A stretch of 64,000 bases of DNA, taken from the NCBI RefSeq assembly GCF_009914755.1, contig NC_060932.1. One strand, given 5' to 3'. The notes below the pieces were generated by a model that did no database searches, was not told the DNA's origin, and saw only the letters and a list, made by a program, of their open reading frames with translations. Source of the DNA: the human T2T-CHM13v2.0 reference genome, Homo sapiens. Both the position numbers and the translations under genes were made by a program. Positions 59,071 through 64,000 of the stretch are shown here, piece by piece (within the stretch, counting starts at the first letter, position 1; each line of letters opens with the position of its first letter).

Positions 59071-59115
59071 TTTTCTCTGTGAACTATATATTTTCTCTGT
59101 GAACTATATATTTTC
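59071..59115. repeat. Perfect 20-bp tandem duplication TTTTCTCTGTGAACTATATA x2
   Basis: Copies at 59071-59090 and 59091-59110, plus TTTTC. Confidence 0.95.
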
Positions 59116-60569
59116 CCATTGCTTGAAATAATTCTGTTTGAAGGCAAAATTGCATAGTGTCTTGTATTCAACTTTTACTGTAAAAATTAAAATCAAAGAA
59201 TTTATGTCTTATGCTTTCATTTTAATTTGGTGACTATATAAATATTAAATTTTGTAAGTGAATTAGTTCTTTGGGGATACCTCTGTTCTACAAGAGAACC
59301 ATTTGATTTCACTTAGAAAGATTTCTGGATTAGTCACTACAAGTAGTGCAGTCTTTGTAAATGGCTTTTTTTTAATAACATGGATCCAAAATATATACAT
59401 TTAGTACAGTAATAGTTGTTCATAACAGTCTGAGATGTTAATGAGTGCTTTTGCATTTTCTTTTAAATTTTATGCTTTAAAAGATTGTGTTCCTCAGGAA
59501 CTCCTTGAGGAAATAAAAGTGCTAAGAACAAAAGATTATTAGAGCTTTATAATTTAAAATATTAAAAAAACATTTAAAATATTTTACTCTTATAATTTGA
59601 ATTTAGCTCTCTTTCCTTCAAGCAAAAAACCTCTTAAACCCAGGCACAAGCACAAAGGTAAATCCAGTTGTCAGTTTGGCCTGCCTTTTCCCTTACCTGT
59701 CCTCTAGGAAAATAGCTTAATAAAATGTGCCTTTTAGAAAATGGGGCCAGTGGCCTGCATATTTTCTATAATTAGTTTAATTATTATTTTCCTTTATCTT
59801 CCTTATAGCCCTAGTTTATTTTTACCCCTGTTATTTCTTTTTACCCTGTTCCTTTAACTCTTAACAATTTTTAATGAAAGCTCTGGTACTTTCAAAATTT
59901 TTAACAAATGGTCTGCACTTCCCTGATTCCTCCCATCCCTAAAAAAGATGTATTCTCTCATAATGCATCTCTACCAATGACTAGAAGAATTCTGAATATT
60001 TTAGTGTCTACTTAATTGTATAACTGCACTACTAGAAATCCTACTAGATTTTTCTGATTTGTGAAGACTGATAGTTTAGAACCTATCTGTGGCATTAGTA
60101 TCCTACCTTAATGCAGAAACAGAATAAACAGTGATATTTTATGGGATACTGAATCTGTAATTAAATTTCCTTTTGCTGTGTAACCATCAGATATTCATTT
60201 AAAAAATTCAAGGGATTTAAGAACAATGTATTAAAATAAAAAGCAGAACATATTTAGTTTGTTGTGTGTCATGTAGTACCCATCATCATCACAATAGTAG
60301 CTACCATTTATTATGCACTGTGTGCTAGGCACTGTGATAAGTGCTTAGTATTCATTTTCTTATGTAATTCTCATAATGGTTTGGTGAGGAAGATAGCATT
60401 ATCTTTGTTTACAAATGAGTATAGTGAGGCTAAAATTGAATTAAATGATTAGGTGACACCACTAACAGCCTCTCCAGTTAGTTGCTTAATAAATTATTTG
60501 ATTTCACTATTTTTCAGGGACTCAAATATTGTTCAGGCATCCAGAAAGATCCAGATTGATTTTTATCAT

Positions 60570-63500
60570 TTCTTTCTCTAATTTCTACTGAGTGCCTACA
60601 ATGTAATATATATCAAGCACTGTTATAACTTTCAAAGGGTAGAAAGGTGTTAAGATGCAATTCTTATCCTCAAGGAATACAATCTAGTGGGAAAAGCAGA
60701 TGAATGAATGAAACACAGTGATAACTAGATCTAGAGAAAGAATGATGATCTACCTAAAGTTTATTGAACTATTGATGCCTGGCATCATCATAATGTGGTT
60801 GATAAATGTTAGCTGATTATTGTATTTTACTTATCTCTTATCAACCTAGAATTCGAATGAATAGTGTATGTTTAGGCCTGTGCCAAGTACTGCTTTGTGA
60901 GGGGAAAACAGTAGTGTCCCCCATCTGAATCGTTCAGAGGTACCAGTGGCTTCAGTCAACTCATACAGTTATTTAAGTATTAAGCGAGCACCTCCAGTGT
61001 GCCAGCTGCTGTGCAAGCAAAAGCCAGAATGAACAAGACGGGTAGGTCCCTACTTTCACAAAGCTCACAGTCTCTCTTAAATGTATTGTTCACTTGAACC
61101 ACAAAACACAGCAGCTGATTTGGTATTATTCTAGGTGCATAGGAAATAAGTTAATTTCATTATATAATTTTTCTCTAAGAAGATAAATAACCAGGCAATT
61201 GTAATATGACTATTCAGCTATTATTAGGGACATTTAGGGTCCTCCAATAGCACATACAAATATTTAATCCAGGTTTGGCTGGCCAGGGATATCTTCCAGA
61301 GGAAAAAGCCTCTAAGATGAGCTTGAAACAGGTGTTAGGCAAGTAAACTGTGCTTCATATGGTAGTAACACATGTGTGAAGGAATGAGGTAGGCAAGAAC
61401 AGGATTTGTTCCGTGAATTAATATAGAGTAACAACAGACTTCAGGGAGTGGAGTTAGGAATTGTAAAGCAAGGTGAACTAGTTTGAACTCTGTTCTGAAG
61501 GCAATGGGGAAGCATGAGTGATTTTAATCAGAGGATAACATGATCAGAGTTGCATTTTAGAAGTAGTACTTTGGTTGTAATTTTGCAAACTGGAGATGGG
61601 GTGACTATTTATTTTGATGGCATGTTAGTCATCCTTAGGAGAAATGACAGTGGCCCATAATAAAGAGGCATCAGTGAGGATACAGAGTAGGTAGATTCTA
61701 GAAAAATTTATGAGAGAGAATTTATAGGCATTTGATTGGTATGGAGAGACAAGAAGAAAGCCAGGGATTTTGTCCAGGATTCTGGCTTGGGCACTTGAGT
61801 GAATGGTGTAAAACTGAGGGGACGCATAGGATTTACTTACCATTTCATTTGCTTGTTTTTTTGTGTGTGTTTTGTTTTTCTGGGAGGGATGACAGATATA
61901 GCTGGTGTATTAGTCCATTTTCACACTGCTGATAGAGACATACCAGAGACTGGGCAATTTACAAAAGAAAGAGGTTTAATTAGACTTACAGTTCCACGTG
62001 GCTGGGGAAGGTCTCACAATCATCATGGCAGAGGGTGAAAGACAATTCTTACATGGCAGTGGCAAGAAAGAATGAGGAAGAAGCAAAAGCAGAAACCCCT
62101 GATAAACCGATCAGATCTCATGAGACTTATTCACTATCACGAGACTAATGTGGGAAAGACCAACCCTCATGATTCAGTTACCTACCACTGTGTCCCTCCC
62201 ACAACAGGTGGGAATTCTTCAGATGCAATTCAAGTTGAGACTTGGGTGGGGACACAGCCAAACCATATCAGCTGCGTTCAAGTGAAGAAGGAAAGAAGTA
62301 CATATTTCAGCTGAAACTCTCTATAAGTAGTTTTGAATCTGTGGTGGTAGAAGGATAGAGTTTTTATTAATAGAAATGAATAGGAAAAAGTGGCTGGTTT
62401 TGGAGATAAACCTCTTGTTGAGTATCTTTGACAGTGGAACATGCAAGTAAAGTAGCTTGTAGGCAGTTAGGAGATAGGACTGGGTTTTGTGTGAGGGTTA
62501 GGAGGTTATAATGAAAATTTTAAAAACAGCAACATAGGGGATTTTGCTAAAGCCTTCAGGGAGGATGACTTCTCACAGTGAAGGCATGGAGAGAAAGAGG
62601 ATGGAATGGCTTTAGACAGTTCTCTTTTCCTGAGGAGAGGCCATGTTGGGAAGGAACGTAAAGCTCCAAAGCCGAAAGTCTCAAGAAAGTGAAAGGAAAG
62701 TAAGGTAATGTTGGAATGTGGGTGCTAGGAAGTTGGGGGGTGAGAAGGCAGGTAGAGGAGCTTCCACAAAGGGAAAGGTGGCACAAATTGCTGAAGCTTC
62801 AGAGAAGTAGAAAATTGATTAAGACCTTCCTTTGGATTTTCCTAGAAGGTGATTATTGATCACCTTTGAGACAACACTATATTTCCTTTTTGTTCTCAAT
62901 GATTTTGCCGCTCAGTGACCCCTTTCCTGCCCCCATACTTGTCTTTTCTTTTTTATTATTGGCTTCAACATGACTCTCTTTCTGCAACCCCTCAGCTTTC
63001 ATAAATTAACCCAGAAATTATTTTATAGCCTCCTTTGAGAGAAGCCCTTATTTTCACTTCCGGTGAGACCTTGAAAGTTAATTTACCTAGATGCTATAAG
63101 CAGATCAGCAGGCATGACCACATACTGCTTTGTGGCAATTCCATTGATGTCTTTATGTCCAGTTATTTGTATCAAAGCATATGATTATGAAGGAAAAACA
63201 AAAAATACAGGGTCTAGGTTAACTCAGCAGTAGCCACATGCAGGATATAAAATATTCTCATCCTGAAAATTCTTGCAAAACAATGTGTCCTGTTTTGTTG
63301 CAGTTGAGTATGTACTGATTCTGTACCTTCAGCCTTCATGCAGTAGAACCTGGATGACTTTTGTATGGGAGATACAAAACCCAGAGTCTCACTGAATTTT
63401 GTGTATGGATATATAGGTCAGACATCAGTGTACATGACGGTAGTACAAGGGTGAAGGATGATGGAAGGGAAGTTCATTAATAACTGGTAGTAAGTTTTTG

Positions 63501-63890
63501 TAGCTCAGAAGAAAGAGGGACAAGTAGAAATAATTGGAGTAATATTTAACACTTTAAGGAAGCGATGTGATGTTCAGATAGGCCTTGAAAGATAATCTCT
63601 GTAGTGAAGAGGATGACGAAGGGCAGGTAATGACATGATTCTAGAAAGCAGATATCCCACAGCGTGCACAGAGGTTAGAAAACAGGCATCTTTGAGTTGA
63701 ACACTAGATTAATTAGGGAAGGTTGAAGTTACTGTTGGTAAGATCTGATGAGAGAGCCTAGAATGTCCTTTTAATTCACAAGCAGTTTGGGGGGCATGGC
63801 TTGGGAAGTTATGTGGTTAGTGTTTTAAGAAGCTTAGTTAACATGGTGGTGACATACAGGTAAAATTGTAGAAAGGTCTGTCAATAGGAT
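60570..63890 (-). mobile_element. Extended run of antisense L2 fragments (interrupted by THE1)
   Basis: actgagtgcctacaatg, gcaatggggaagcatg...gataacatgatcag, ttggattttcctagaaggtgattattgatcacctttgagac. Confidence 0.55.
61906..62270 (-). mobile_element. THE1 (THE1C-like) MaLR solo LTR, 365 bp, antisense, inserted into L2
   Basis: tgtattagtccattttcac ... gacacagccaaaccatatca termini; 5-bp TSD gctgg/gctgc. Confidence 0.92.
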
Positions 63891-63899
63891 GGACTGAGT

Positions 63900-64000
63900 T
63901 ACTGGTTCTCAGCTAAGGGTGACTTTTGCAATCTTGGGGAAATTTTTAGTTGTCACAACTGGGACAGAGAGAGATGAGATAGGCCTATTGGCATCTAGTG
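63900..64000 (+). mobile_element. MER20 5' part, runs off the window
   Basis: tggttctcag...tttagttgtcacaactggg...tggcatctagtg. Confidence 0.75.

Overview
This is AT-rich primate (most likely human) genomic DNA from inside the EFR3A gene on the + strand. EFR3A encodes the palmitoylated plasma-membrane anchor of the PI4KIIIalpha-TTC7-FAM126 complex. I resolved 17 consecutive GT-AG coding exons (exons 2-18, about codons 4-689). Their phases chain without a frameshift or stop; exon 1 and the C-terminal exons lie outside the window. Gene identity and codon numbering rest on my recall of the human EFR3A protein. The introns are filled with interspersed repeats. These include a 5.36-kb sense-oriented, 5'-truncated, dead L1PA (about L1PA5) with a perfect 13-bp TSD inserted into a MIR, and five Alus in mixed orientation. 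There are also MER21 and THE1 solo LTRs, DNA-transposon MITEs (MER5, MER81, Tigger4a, MER20, MER8, MER2) and many old L2/MIR/L1M fragments, whose boundaries are approximate. There are no RNA genes, CRISPR arrays or prokaryotic systems, and I found no evidence of a wholly new biological system. The best leads are RNA-processing hypotheses: a near-full-circle ORF in an exon 2-4 circRNA, uORFs and a candidate intron-1 exon that could yield non-palmitoylated EFR3A, an intronic polyA cluster right after exon 9, an RBFOX motif cluster around exons 15-17, and an in-frame cryptic donor in exon 16. All are inferences that need RNA data.
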